Source: Escherichia phage HP3. Taken from it: a stretch of 64,000 bases of DNA. Below the pieces are notes generated by a model. The model ran no database searches and was not told where the DNA came from. It worked only from the letters and a program-made list of their open reading frames with translations. Both the position numbers and the translations under genes were made by a program. The stretch lies in sequence record NC_041919.1, one strand, 5' to 3'. Positions 43,803 to 53,714 of this stretch are shown in pieces. Every line of letters begins with the position of its first letter. Position 1 is the stretch's first letter.

Positions 43803-44690
43803 ATGTCAGTAGTAATTAATAATGTCAATGCAGTAATTAAATCTTTAGTTAATAAAAAATTGAATGAATGGACTGTACTTCGTCGTGGAGAGCCAGATAA
43901 ATTTTTTCATAGATTTAACCCAACTTTGGATTTGAATGTTATTGACAGAGATGTTCATGCTGAAATTTTAGATAAATTTAAAGTTGATATTGGGTTTGGA
44001 TTAGATAAACATTTACAACGAACAAACGGGTCTGGAATGGGTTTATCTAATCGCATCATGAAAGCCCTTAATAAAATTGGAGCGTTGTCTCGTATTAATG
44101 CGAGTGAAATCCTTCGCAATTATAATAAAGGATATGACCTTTATGGTCGATTAATGCCGAAATTATCATTTGACCAAATGATCGCAGATTTGTGGGAAAA
44201 TCAACGACGATTATTAGCATTAGGCGCTCGATTAGCTAAAGGTCTAGATAAACAAATGATTTTTAAGACCAATAATACAGAAGACCTTAAATGCTTTAAA
44301 TTTAGTATTCGTGGCGATGATTATTATATCAGAGCTCACTCTACAGATTATGTTAATATGGGGCATCATCTCTGTTTAGCTTTTGAAGTTTTAAAAGAAG
44401 CCGGAACATTAGAATATTCATCTGGTGCAAAATGCCCTATTGGTTCAAGTTGTATTTTAATTTATCGCCCGGATGAATCCAGTTCAACTAAATTGCCTAC
44501 AAAACCTGTACCAGTTCGTAGTAATGAAAAACATTCTGAGCAAATTGATTATTTTAATAAGCAAATTGAAGAGCTGAATATTTCTATTCAACAATATGAT
44601 GATGAAATTTTCAGACTATCTGGACTGAGTAGTAAAGCTAAATCTGAGCGTGAAAAGTTAATTAAAATTATCGATTTACTTAAATCTTAA
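43803..44690 (+). CDS. Paralog family member A (coiled-coil C-terminus)
   Basis: 295 aa from ATG after SD gaggaaaat; central RRLLALGARLAKG motif and C-terminal heptad-rich tail, shared with the next three ORFs. Confidence 0.5.
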   Translation: MSVVINNVNAVIKSLVNKKLNEWTVLRRGEPDKFFHRFNPTLDLNVIDRDVHAEILDKFKVDIGFGLDKHLQRTNGSGMGLSNRIMKALNKIGALSRINASEILRNYNKGYDLYGRLMPKLSFDQMIADLWENQRRLLALGARLAKGLDKQMIFKTNNTEDLKCFKFSIRGDDYYIRAHSTDYVNMGHHLCLAFEVLKEAGTLEYSSGAKCPIGSSCILIYRPDESSSTKLPTKPVPVRSNEKHSEQIDYFNKQIEELNISIQQYDDEIFRLSGLSSKAKSEREKLIKIIDLLKS

Positions 44691-44698
44691 GGAACACC

Positions 44699-45721
44699 AT
44701 GAAAACTCGTTCTCAAATTGAAGATATGGTTCGTAATGCCAGCTATACTCGTGATGCTATGACATTTTTGTGCGAAAATAATTTAGACCTTGGTAAAGTT
44801 AATTGTTCCATTCACGCCTTTAAACATCTGAACAGCAGTGAATGGGTGCGTAATTTTAATGAAGCTGGGTATATTACTCAAATGACTGCTCGTGAACAGC
44901 TCACCGATTTCTGTAAAACTATTGATTATAAAAATCCTCTATTTGTTCAAGGTGTTGGTCAGAGTAAGGTCGATTTATCATCTGGATTTTTCAATCCAAA
45001 TCATTATCGTATTGAATGGAGATTTATTGCTCTATTCCGTAAACAATTAAAGCAAATTTTGTCTACTGCTAGTCGATTAAAAGGTTCTGATATTAACTTA
45101 AAGAATCTGAAATTTGATGGTTATACTCTTCAGATGGAAGTAAGACCATTAAAAGAAAATAACAGAACTGCACGAATTAGCTTTAAACCTAATACAAAAA
45201 ATTCTCTTTCAATTTGTGAATGCCTTAAATCACAGTTGACAGAAGCATTTAAGTATATGGATGTAGTTGCCGCGGTTCAGTCTAAGATTTTACCTCATTT
45301 TGAGCGAAATTGGGAACATACAACAACGTATGAACTTGATATGATCGTTTCATTTAAATACGATTTTTTGAGAAAGGACGAAGTCCCGCAAGAGAAAAAG
45401 CAGGAAGTGCAAGATATCTTAAATTTATCCAATTACTCATCAAACGATCCTAAATTTTGGATGTATAGTTCAGGTAATAAAGATACATGGAAATTCAATA
45501 AAGTGAATTTTCTTCCTGTTGAAAATCCGAGTCTTAAACCTGTTGAAAAATGGCACGCGGATGCGATTGAGAAGTCTATCAAGGCAGTAGATGATGAACT
45601 CGTTAAAGCAACTAATGAAGTGTTAGAAGCTGAAAAGATGCTAGAAAAAGCTCAAGAAAAAGTCAAAAATCTTACGAAGCAACGTTCTAAACTGAACAAC
45701 GCACTAAATGCACTAAACTAG
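44699..45721 (+). CDS. Paralog family member B
   Basis: 340 aa; FRKQLKQILSTASRLKG and KYMDVVAAV motifs; C-terminal coiled coil. Confidence 0.5.
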   Translation: MKTRSQIEDMVRNASYTRDAMTFLCENNLDLGKVNCSIHAFKHLNSSEWVRNFNEAGYITQMTAREQLTDFCKTIDYKNPLFVQGVGQSKVDLSSGFFNPNHYRIEWRFIALFRKQLKQILSTASRLKGSDINLKNLKFDGYTLQMEVRPLKENNRTARISFKPNTKNSLSICECLKSQLTEAFKYMDVVAAVQSKILPHFERNWEHTTTYELDMIVSFKYDFLRKDEVPQEKKQEVQDILNLSNYSSNDPKFWMYSSGNKDTWKFNKVNFLPVENPSLKPVEKWHADAIEKSIKAVDDELVKATNEVLEAEKMLEKAQEKVKNLTKQRSKLNNALNALN

Positions 45722-45750
45722 TTTACTTTGCCACAAGGATGTGGTATAAT
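45722..45750 (+). promoter_or_regulatory. Early promoter
   Basis: -35 tttact, 17 nt spacer, extended -10 tggtataat. Confidence 0.55.
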
Positions 45751-45778
45751 GTTCTTACTTTCTACTGAGGAGATTAAT

Positions 45779-46780
45779 ATGACTCGTAACGAATATATCA
45801 AATCATTCAATAGCGTTATTGATGATAAAGTTAAACCTGTGTTTAGTCAGAATAGTGTTATTTCCATTATCAATCAATGGCTCAATAATATTGATGCAAG
45901 TATTGTTTCTTCAAGCAAATTTATTCATGAAGTTCATAAAATTTCTAGTCGCGAATATAAAGATGATATTAAGGAAACTTTTAAAGGTTCTCGTCTTCTT
46001 TCATATTTAGTTAATCAAGATATTCTTGGTAAATTTGGGAAAGAAATTAAACGAACTAAAGATGTAGTAGGATACAGTTGGTTCGGTGATGTTAATTCTT
46101 ATCATCTTAATAATAAAGAAGACCCTGAGAATATTTTTACTCGTCGTTGGATTAGTAATTTTAGACTTTTCAAGAAGCAAATTCTAAAATCAGCTTCTAA
46201 ATTATGCTATGGTGATTATCGTCAAATCCATCCTTGGGCTTCTGATATGATTATCATAAAAGAATATGAGCTTGATAAAAATAAAGCAGCTATTTTTGTG
46301 AATTATGAATTTTTTACACCAGAAGCTAATCAAAAGAACATTAATAAATTTTTCTCAATTGCTAGCGATATAACTCGTCAGTTAGAGACCGCATTACTTT
46401 GTATGGAAACAGTAGAAAATATTCATACTTATCCTTTTAAGAATATATGCGGTTGGGAAGGATATAAAATTGTAGTTAGTCTCCGTGAAGTAAAGTGTGC
46501 GTACTCACCGACTGATAAAGAAATTTACCAACAAAAATGTGATGAAATTGTGAATACTCCTAAAGAAGAAACTACCCTTGAGGAACTAATGGAATGTCTT
46601 GACGATTCGCCTGAACCAGTAGAAATTCGTCCAGAAGTTATTGCACTAGAAAAAGCTTATAAAGAAGTTCTAGAAATTTCTAATAAAGCGCAGAAAGAAT
46701 ATGAGCAGGCTAAAAAGATTTGGGAAGAATCCGTTAATCGTCTTGATCGTCTTGAACAAGCTTTACAGTTAATTAAGTAA
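45779..46780 (+). CDS. Paralog family member C
   Basis: 333 aa from ATG after SD gaggag; FKKQILKSASKL motif; C-terminal coiled coil. Confidence 0.5.
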   Translation: MTRNEYIKSFNSVIDDKVKPVFSQNSVISIINQWLNNIDASIVSSSKFIHEVHKISSREYKDDIKETFKGSRLLSYLVNQDILGKFGKEIKRTKDVVGYSWFGDVNSYHLNNKEDPENIFTRRWISNFRLFKKQILKSASKLCYGDYRQIHPWASDMIIIKEYELDKNKAAIFVNYEFFTPEANQKNINKFFSIASDITRQLETALLCMETVENIHTYPFKNICGWEGYKIVVSLREVKCAYSPTDKEIYQQKCDEIVNTPKEETTLEELMECLDDSPEPVEIRPEVIALEKAYKEVLEISNKAQKEYEQAKKIWEESVNRLDRLEQALQLIK

Positions 46781-46832
46781 TTTAAAGCCAAGGATGGCTC
46801 GGAGTATAAACCATTAACCAAGTGAGAAGAAT

Positions 46833-47762
46833 ATGAAAACTCGTAAACATTATATTGATTATTTTGACAGTCTTATTACTAAACACCGTAATTATCAGAT
46901 CGGGCACAGAGCAGTAATCAATAATATTCTTCGTGATTTCCTTCAATATGTTGGTCAGGAAAATCATATCTGTAAAGATACTCAAAACGCTTATTCTCAT
47001 TCGTTAGGCAATTTGCTTGAATGGTTTAAACGTTCTCGTATGTTATCTTCTACTGTAGCTCATGAGAACATTAAAAACTTTATGAAGCCGAGCTTCATTA
47101 AATCTGAGACATCTATAACCGATTTGGTTGAATTTACTATTGTTAATGATGTTAAAAAGACTCATTTGGCTGATTGGTTTTCTACCATTCCTGAAACTAA
47201 ATTTGCTGATAAATTTGCTTGTCAATTCAATGACCAAGTGAATATGCTTTTTAAGCATGCTCGCAAACTATTTACCGCGGGCGATGACCGTACAAATACA
47301 GTTCATGTTAAGGACTGGGTTATTGCTGATGAAGTAACACACAAGCCAGGTGGTTCATCAGTATTAATTAATATCCAGGTTCCTTATTATTACTCACGTA
47401 ATCTTGGCACCATGACAGCTAAAGAAATTAATAAGCACAACAAAACTATTCGTTCGTTGTCTTATAAACTCCGCATGATGTTAAAAATTATGGACGTAGT
47501 GGAAATGTATGACGAAACCGAAGATAATGGTTCAATGTTATACAGTTCACGCATTCTAATTAAACTGAAGAACCCTAATACATATAAGACAGTTGTAAAA
47601 GAGCCTAAAGTAGAAAAGGTTGATAATCTGAGTGAAGAACGTGAATATCTCAATGCCCGTTTGATTGAAGTTGAAGCCCAAATTGCAGAACACACCAAAT
47701 TGTTAAAAGCTCTTAATGCAAAAGCAAATGGTTTACGTAATGCTATTGAGGTATTGAAATGA
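46833..47762 (+). CDS. Paralog family member D
   Basis: 309 aa; LFKHARKLF and KIMDVVEMY motifs; C-terminal coiled coil. Confidence 0.5.
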   Translation: MKTRKHYIDYFDSLITKHRNYQIGHRAVINNILRDFLQYVGQENHICKDTQNAYSHSLGNLLEWFKRSRMLSSTVAHENIKNFMKPSFIKSETSITDLVEFTIVNDVKKTHLADWFSTIPETKFADKFACQFNDQVNMLFKHARKLFTAGDDRTNTVHVKDWVIADEVTHKPGGSSVLINIQVPYYYSRNLGTMTAKEINKHNKTIRSLSYKLRMMLKIMDVVEMYDETEDNGSMLYSSRILIKLKNPNTYKTVVKEPKVEKVDNLSEEREYLNARLIEVEAQIAEHTKLLKALNAKANGLRNAIEVLK

Positions 47763-48148
47763 AAAAGCGTTTATTAGAAGACATTGCAGCTTCAAGTAAT
47801 TCCAGTTTAATTAAAATTATTATGGCTGGTGAGGAAGATGATATGGAAATGCGTGGAAAGATTCACGGCTGCGACGATTTAGATTTTAAACCTCCAGCAT
47901 GGGATGCTATTATGGCTATGGTTGAACGACGTGAAAGAGCTTCTAAAAACGTTCCTAATTGCCCTGAATGCGGTACTGAACAAGTTCAGTTGATTAACTG
48001 GCGTAAACCAGAGCTTGAATATAAATGCCGTCAATGTAAACATAAATTCAGTAAGCATGCTCCGGAAATGGTTAAATTGCCTGACTCTACTGAGTTCTTT
48101 AAAGAACTTGTGAGTGTTCAACCAATGCCTAATAATATTTTGGATTAA
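47759..48148 (+). CDS. Zinc-ribbon protein
   Basis: 129 aa; CPECG...17 aa...CRQC four-Cys ribbon. Confidence 0.45.
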   Translation: MKKRLLEDIAASSNSSLIKIIMAGEEDDMEMRGKIHGCDDLDFKPPAWDAIMAMVERRERASKNVPNCPECGTEQVQLINWRKPELEYKCRQCKHKFSKHAPEMVKLPDSTEFFKELVSVQPMPNNILD

Positions 48149-48150
48149 AA

Positions 48151-48393
48151 ATGACCAAGCGTAAAGAATATATGGAGGCTGCTGAAAAGGCAGTCCGTGA
48201 ATTAGCAATAGCTTATTATAATGAACACGGTAAATTTCCTGATAGATACAGCGTGCTTAAATCTGCTTTAACTCGTTCATATAAAAATATGCTATCAGAA
48301 GTAAGTGATATTATATACAAACATAAAGAACAAACGGGCCAAAGTCTTGATTACGACGAGACTTTTAAACAAGTACTAGGAATTAAGGAATAA
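48151..48393 (+). CDS. Hypothetical protein
   Basis: 80 aa. Confidence 0.4.
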   Translation: MTKRKEYMEAAEKAVRELAIAYYNEHGKFPDRYSVLKSALTRSYKNMLSEVSDIIYKHKEQTGQSLDYDETFKQVLGIKE

Positions 48394-48394
48394 T

Positions 48395-48658
48395 ATGTTT
48401 AAAGTATATGGTTATGATAGCAACATTCATAAATGCGTGTATTGCGATAATGCAAAACGTCTTTTGACTGTGAAGAAACAGCCGTTTGAATTTATCAACA
48501 TTATGCCGGAAAAAGGTGTTTTTGATGATGAGAAAATCGCTGAGCTTCTGACTAAACTAGGTCGTGATACTCAAATCGGCTTGACAATGCCTCAGGTATT
48601 TGCTCCTGATGGAAGTCATATTGGTGGATTTGACCAACTGCGAGAATATTTTAAATGA
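48395..48658 (+). CDS. nrdC: Thioredoxin/glutaredoxin NrdC
   Basis: 87 aa; CVYC active site; MFKVYGYDSNIHKCVYCDNAKRLL matches recalled T4 thioredoxin. Confidence 0.9.
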   Translation: MFKVYGYDSNIHKCVYCDNAKRLLTVKKQPFEFINIMPEKGVFDDEKIAELLTKLGRDTQIGLTMPQVFAPDGSHIGGFDQLREYFK

Positions 48659-48870
48659 TGCTCGAAGGAACTGACTATATTCATGATTACCGCGGAAGCG
48701 CGGTATATGTAGGTGATGAAGTTGCAGTTTATTATGGGTATGGAACTTTGATGACAGCCAAGGTTATTCAAATTAAAAATAATCGTGCTAAACTCGAAGT
48801 TTATTATTCTAATGGCGAAAAGTCTATTTCTAAGTGGAAATACGGCGATTGCATGGTCAAACTGGGGTAA
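48655..48870 (+). CDS. Hypothetical protein
   Basis: 71 aa; ATGA overlap with nrdC. Confidence 0.4.
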   Translation: MMLEGTDYIHDYRGSAVYVGDEVAVYYGYGTLMTAKVIQIKNNRAKLEVYYSNGEKSISKWKYGDCMVKLG

Positions 48871-48872
48871 AT

Positions 48873-49043
48873 ATGATTTACGATATTAATGTATCACGAG
48901 CTCCGTCAATGGTTACTATTCCAGCCGAAGAACTAGATCGTCTTCAGAAAATTGAAGAACTTCTTTGGGAAATTGAATGTGACCTGCCATCAGGACTAGA
49001 ATCTTGGATTGATTATGAAGAACTTAATAAGCTTCGGGGTTAA
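48873..49043 (+). CDS. Hypothetical small acidic protein
   Basis: 56 aa from ATG (MIYDINVSRAPSMVT...). Confidence 0.35.
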   Translation: MIYDINVSRAPSMVTIPAEELDRLQKIEELLWEIECDLPSGLESWIDYEELNKLRG

Positions 49044-49165
49044 ACCTTGGTGGGCGGCTAGATGGGAAACTGTAGAGCCAGAGCCGGAAGAACCGGTTTA
49101 CACTGATGAAGAAACAATATATAATGAACCAACGATAAATGACTTAATTGATATGGAGATGGGAC

Positions 49166-49651
49166 ATGATTACAGTAGATAAGTGGTTTAGAATTAATCG
49201 TGCTGATACAGGGCTGTGTAATTACTGGCCGGAACTTAGTGCAGGTACTGTCTTTAAAGTTCGTGAACTTGCAAAAGAATGTGAAGATGATATAGAGCCT
49301 GATACTGGAATTATTGAAATTGAACTTTCCGACGGAAAGATTATTAACATCTACGATAAGCCAATTACGTATTGGTGCTTGTGGAATACTGAATCCATTG
49401 AAAATGGCGAAATTGAAGAAGTTGTAGAGCGAACTAATCAAGTTGTTCAGAAGCCTAAAGCCGATTTTCAAGGTGAACGTATTTCATACGCATTAGCTAA
49501 ATTAGCTGCACAAGAAAATAACGATGGCTATGAAGGAAATTTGATGCAAGCTGCGGCAGAATATATTGAATGGCTTGAAACCCAAATTTCTTTTTCTGAC
49601 CAAAAGATTCGGCAATATAAGCGATTGAATCAAATGTTTTACAATACTTGA
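49166..49651 (+). CDS. Pin-like protein (host Lon protease inhibitor position)
   Basis: 161 aa from ATG after SD ggagatggga; length and position match T4 pin; sequence not verified. Confidence 0.4.
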   Translation: MITVDKWFRINRADTGLCNYWPELSAGTVFKVRELAKECEDDIEPDTGIIEIELSDGKIINIYDKPITYWCLWNTESIENGEIEEVVERTNQVVQKPKADFQGERISYALAKLAAQENNDGYEGNLMQAAAEYIEWLETQISFSDQKIRQYKRLNQMFYNT

Positions 49652-49692
49652 AAATAATAAATACCCTTATCTATTTAAGGTAAGGGTTTATT

Positions 49693-50166
49693 ATGTTATT
49701 GACTGGCAAATTATACAAAGAAGAAAAACAGAAATTTTATAATGCACAAAACGGTAAATGCTTAATTTGCCAACGAGAACTAAATCCTGATGTTCAAGCT
49801 AATCACCTTGACCATGATCATGAATTAAATGGACCAAAAGCAGGAAAGGTACGTGGATTGCTTTGTAATCTCTGCAATGCCGCAGAAGGTCAAATGAAGC
49901 ATAAATTTAATCGTTCTGGCTTAAAGGGACAAGGTGTTGATTATCTTGAATGGTTAGAAAATTTACTTACTTATTTAAAATCCGATTACACCCAAAATAA
50001 TATTCACCCTAACTTTATTGGAGATAAATCAAAGGAATTTTCTCGTTTAGGAAAAGAGGAAATGATGGCTGAGATGCTTCAAAGAGGATTTGAATATAAT
50101 GAATCTGACACTAAAACACAGTTAATAGCTTCATTTAAGAAGCAGCTTAGAAAGAGTTTAAAATGA
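49693..50166 (+). CDS. 49: Endonuclease VII (Holliday junction resolvase)
   Basis: 157 aa; MLLTGKLYKEEKQKFYNAQNGKCLICQREL...HLDHDHE matches recalled T4 gp49. Confidence 0.9.
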   Translation: MLLTGKLYKEEKQKFYNAQNGKCLICQRELNPDVQANHLDHDHELNGPKAGKVRGLLCNLCNAAEGQMKHKFNRSGLKGQGVDYLEWLENLLTYLKSDYTQNNIHPNFIGDKSKEFSRLGKEEMMAEMLQRGFEYNESDTKTQLIASFKKQLRKSLK

Positions 50167-51980
50167 CAATTGAAAAAGAAATTGAAGGATTGATTCATAA
50201 AACTAATAAAGACCTTTTGAACGAGAATGCTAATAAAGATTCTCGTGTTTTTCCAACTCAACGGGACCTTATGGCTGGTATTGTGTCTAAACACATTGCC
50301 AAAAATATGGTCCCGTCTTTTATTATGAAAGCGCATGAAAGCGGAATTATTCATTTCCATGATATTGATTATTCCCCTGCTCTTCCATTTACTAATTGTT
50401 GTTTAGTAGATTTAAAAGGAATGCTTGAGAACGGATTTAAGCTTGGTAATGCGCAGATTGAAACTCCTAAATCAATCGGTGTTGCTACTGCAATTATGGC
50501 ACAAATTACTGCACAGGTTGCTTCCCATCAATATGGCGGAACGACTTTTGCGAATGTAGATAAAGTACTTTCTCCTTATGTTAAACGCACATATGCAAAA
50601 CATATTGAGGATGCAGAAAAATGGCAAATCGCTGATGCGTTGAATTATGCTCAATCTAAAACAGAAAAAGACGTATACGATGCATTCCAAGCTTATGAAT
50701 ATGAAGTAAATACTCTCTTTAGTTCAAACGGACAAACACCTTTTGTAACAATTACATTTGGTACGGGAACTGACTGGACTGAACGAATGATTCAGAAAGC
50801 AATTCTGAAAAATCGTATTAAAGGTCTTGGTCGTGATGGGATAACTCCTATTTTCCCTAAGCTTGTTATGTTTGTTGAAGAAGGTGTTAATCTTTATAAA
50901 GACGATCCGAACTATGATATTAAGCAGCTTGCTCTAGAGTGTGCAAGCAAAAGGATGTATCCTGATATTATTTCAGCTAAGAACAATAAAGCTATCACTG
51001 GTTCATCTGTTCCTGTTTCTCCAATGGGTTGCCGTAGTTTCTTGAGCGTATGGAAAGATTCGACTGGTAATGAAATTCTTGATGGACGTAATAATCTTGG
51101 TGTTGTAACACTGAATCTTCCTCGTATTGCGTTGGATTCTTATATTGGAACACAGTTCAATGAACAGAAATTTGTTAAATTATTCAATGAGCGAATGGAT
51201 TTATGTTTTGAAGCTTTGATGTGTAGAATTAGTTCCTTAAAAGGAGTTAAAGCGACTGTTGCTCCTATTCTTTACCAAGAAGGTGCATTCGGGGTTCGTC
51301 TTAAACCTGATGACGATATAATTGAGTTATTTAAAAATGGTAGAAGTTCAGTGTCTTTAGGATACATTGGTATTCACGAATTGAATATTCTTGTCGGTCG
51401 TGATATTGGACAGGAAATTTTAACTAAAATGAATGCTCGTCTTAAACAGTGGACTGAAAGAACTGGGTTTGCTTTTAGCTTGTATTCTACTCCTGCTGAA
51501 AACCTTTGCTATCGCTTCTGTAAACTTGATACAGAAAAATATGGAAGTGTAAAGGATGTTACTGATAAAGGCTGGTACACTAACAGTTTCCATGTTTCAG
51601 TAGAAGAAAATATTACTCCGTTTGAAAAGATTTCTCGCGAAGCCCCGTATCATTTCATTGCAACAGGTGGTCACATTTCTTATGTTGAACTTCCTGATAT
51701 GAAAAATAACTTAAAAGGTCTTGAGGCTGTATGGGATTATGCTGCACAACATTTAGATTATTTTGGTGTTAATATGCCAGTAGATAAATGTTTTACGTGT
51801 GGAAGTACCCATGAAATGACTCCTACTGAAAACGGGTTTGTTTGTTCTATTTGTGGAGAAACTGATCCTAAAAAGATGAACACAATAAGAAGAACATGCG
51901 GTTATTTGGGAAACCCGAACGAACGCGGATTTAATCTCGGTAAAAATAAAGAAATCATGCATAGGGTTAAACACCAATGA
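50163..51980 (+). CDS. nrdD: Anaerobic ribonucleotide reductase large subunit NrdD (intronless)
   Basis: 605 aa continuous ORF; C-terminal glycyl radical motif RRTCGYLGNP; Cys-rich zinc site CFTCGS...CSICG. Confidence 0.9.
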   Translation: MTIEKEIEGLIHKTNKDLLNENANKDSRVFPTQRDLMAGIVSKHIAKNMVPSFIMKAHESGIIHFHDIDYSPALPFTNCCLVDLKGMLENGFKLGNAQIETPKSIGVATAIMAQITAQVASHQYGGTTFANVDKVLSPYVKRTYAKHIEDAEKWQIADALNYAQSKTEKDVYDAFQAYEYEVNTLFSSNGQTPFVTITFGTGTDWTERMIQKAILKNRIKGLGRDGITPIFPKLVMFVEEGVNLYKDDPNYDIKQLALECASKRMYPDIISAKNNKAITGSSVPVSPMGCRSFLSVWKDSTGNEILDGRNNLGVVTLNLPRIALDSYIGTQFNEQKFVKLFNERMDLCFEALMCRISSLKGVKATVAPILYQEGAFGVRLKPDDDIIELFKNGRSSVSLGYIGIHELNILVGRDIGQEILTKMNARLKQWTERTGFAFSLYSTPAENLCYRFCKLDTEKYGSVKDVTDKGWYTNSFHVSVEENITPFEKISREAPYHFIATGGHISYVELPDMKNNLKGLEAVWDYAAQHLDYFGVNMPVDKCFTCGSTHEMTPTENGFVCSICGETDPKKMNTIRRTCGYLGNPNERGFNLGKNKEIMHRVKHQ

Positions 51981-52609
51981 ATTATGACAGAATCTATTCA
52001 AATCTAGTTAATTCTGCTGAACACCCATCTAAGCCCCGTCAAACTAAAGCCGGGTATGAACTTCATCATATAATTCCAAGAAGTATGGGTGGTTCAGATG
52101 ATTTAGACAACTTAGTATTTTTAACTTATAAGGCCCACTATACTGCTCACCATTTATTGGCTAAAATATATGGTGGAAAGATGTATGATGCATATTGGAT
52201 AATGAGTAATAGTAAGCATAGAAAAGTTACTTCTTCACAATACGCGTATGCAAAAGCTAAGAAATTTGAAAATCAGCGTGGCGCAAAAAGAAGCGATAAA
52301 ACTAAGAAGCTAATGAGCATAGCTAGGTCTAAAGTAACTCTTCCTGATGATTTTGGAAAAAGGATATCTGATGGGCTAACAGGAAGAACTTTGTCTACTA
52401 GTCATAAAGAGCATATCAAAAATAGTTCTAGAAATCGCTTTAACACCAAAACGGTTATTGGCTATTCACCAGACGGAAATACAATAGAACTAACTGGAGC
52501 AACTGAAATAAGAAATGCAGGATTTTTTCATTCTGCTGTTTATAAATGTTGCAAAGGAATTCAATCTATTCATAAGGGATATACTTGGAAATATAAAGAT
52601 GAATTATGA
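51977..52609 (+). CDS. Free-standing HNH homing-endonuclease-like protein
   Basis: 210 aa; HNH motif ELHHIIPRSMGGSDDLDNLVFLTYKAHYTAHH; first 20 nt nearly identical to the nrdG start. Confidence 0.75.
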   Translation: MNYDRIYSNLVNSAEHPSKPRQTKAGYELHHIIPRSMGGSDDLDNLVFLTYKAHYTAHHLLAKIYGGKMYDAYWIMSNSKHRKVTSSQYAYAKAKKFENQRGAKRSDKTKKLMSIARSKVTLPDDFGKRISDGLTGRTLSTSHKEHIKNSSRNRFNTKTVIGYSPDGNTIELTGATEIRNAGFFHSAVYKCCKGIQSIHKGYTWKYKDEL

Positions 52610-53069
52610 TAGAATTTATCCATGCGATTTCGTTAACGGCCCTGGATGTAGGGTCGTTCTCTTCGTCACTGGATGTTTGCATAAATGCGAAGGTTGTTAT
52701 AATCGTAGTACTTGGAATGCTCGTAACGGACAGTTATTCACTATGAATACCGTTAAAGAACTTGCGTCCCATTTAAGCAAATCGTATATCCAAGGCCTTA
52801 CCTTAACCGGTGGTGACCCACTTTATCCACAGAACCGAGAAGAGATTTCAAATTTAGTTTCTTGGGTTAAAGCAAGATTTCCTGAGAAAGACATTTGGTT
52901 GTGGACAGGATATAAGTTTGAAGATATTAAACAACTAGAAATGCTTAAATATGTTGATGTTATTATTGATGGGAAGTATGAGAAAAATCTTCCGACCAAA
53001 AAGCTGTGGCGAGGATCAGATAATCAGCGACTTTGGTCAAATACCGATGGGGTGTGGACACATGATTAA
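52599..53069 (+). CDS. nrdG: Anaerobic RNR activating enzyme NrdG (radical SAM)
   Basis: 156 aa from the internal ATG (MNYDRIYPCDF...); CLHKCEGCYN cluster; same length as T4 NrdG. Confidence 0.85.
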   Translation: MNYDRIYPCDFVNGPGCRVVLFVTGCLHKCEGCYNRSTWNARNGQLFTMNTVKELASHLSKSYIQGLTLTGGDPLYPQNREEISNLVSWVKARFPEKDIWLWTGYKFEDIKQLEMLKYVDVIIDGKYEKNLPTKKLWRGSDNQRLWSNTDGVWTHD

Positions 53070-53184
53070 ATTGAATTACATTATGGATACTATAAATGAT
53101 ATGATTTTTCATTTTGGTCCAGAATTTTATTCGCAGTATAGTTTAGTGCTTATCAATGCTTGGTTAATCAATTAAGGGTAAAAT

Positions 53185-53400
53185 ATGTATAAATTTCGTA
53201 AAGGTTTAGCTGATTTTCTTACAACTGTAACGTTCTTTCTGTTTATGGCAGTTGGAGCTATTTTCCTTATTCCTTTTATTGCTATATTTTTCGTGATTAG
53301 TTTGATTTCTCCAGAAAAGAGTTTATCTTCTAGCGAGTTCAATGAGCGTCTGGATAAAATTACTAACAAGCTGAATTCTGTTCTTGATAAAAAGGCTTAA
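53185..53400 (+). CDS. Small membrane protein
   Basis: 71 aa; hydrophobic core TVTFFLFMAVGAIFLIPFIAIFFVISLI. Confidence 0.4.
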   Translation: MYKFRKGLADFLTTVTFFLFMAVGAIFLIPFIAIFFVISLISPEKSLSSSEFNERLDKITNKLNSVLDKKA

Positions 53401-53402
53401 TT

Positions 53403-53714
53403 ATGATTAGTTTTGAGCGGTATGTGGTAGAGAGTTGGAAGGGTTTTGATATGTTCGGTAATGACTATTATTTTTACGAATGTAGTCTAAATCCTAGTTT
53501 TTGGGCTGGACGTGAACGAGATCTCGAAGAAATTAATGCTCGTGCCGAATTGTTAGGTGAACTGCCTACGGTTTATTTTACCTTTGATGCATCTGGATTT
53601 GTTATCCAGGTTTATTTTCCTGAAGAAAACTCTGGTGAGGATTCTGTTAACCCGCCATACTGGGCTTATCAAGGAATTATTTCTCGTGGAACAAAACTCG
53701 AACTTAAAGAATAA
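53403..53714 (+). CDS. Hypothetical protein
   Basis: 103 aa. Confidence 0.4.
   Translation: MISFERYVVESWKGFDMFGNDYYFYECSLNPSFWAGRERDLEEINARAELLGELPTVYFTFDASGFVIQVYFPEENSGEDSVNPPYWAYQGIISRGTKLELKE

Noticed and set aside
50163-51980. Group I intron in nrdD (present in T4)
   Set aside because: The ORF is continuous at 605 aa with no interruption or GC-rich structured insert; the gene is intronless here.
53557-53685. ATG-initiated version of the redoxin ORF (53557-54009)
   Set aside because: The upstream portion overlaps the preceding gene in another frame and translates to an implausible hydrophobic/basic stretch; a GTG start at 53686 is more credible.
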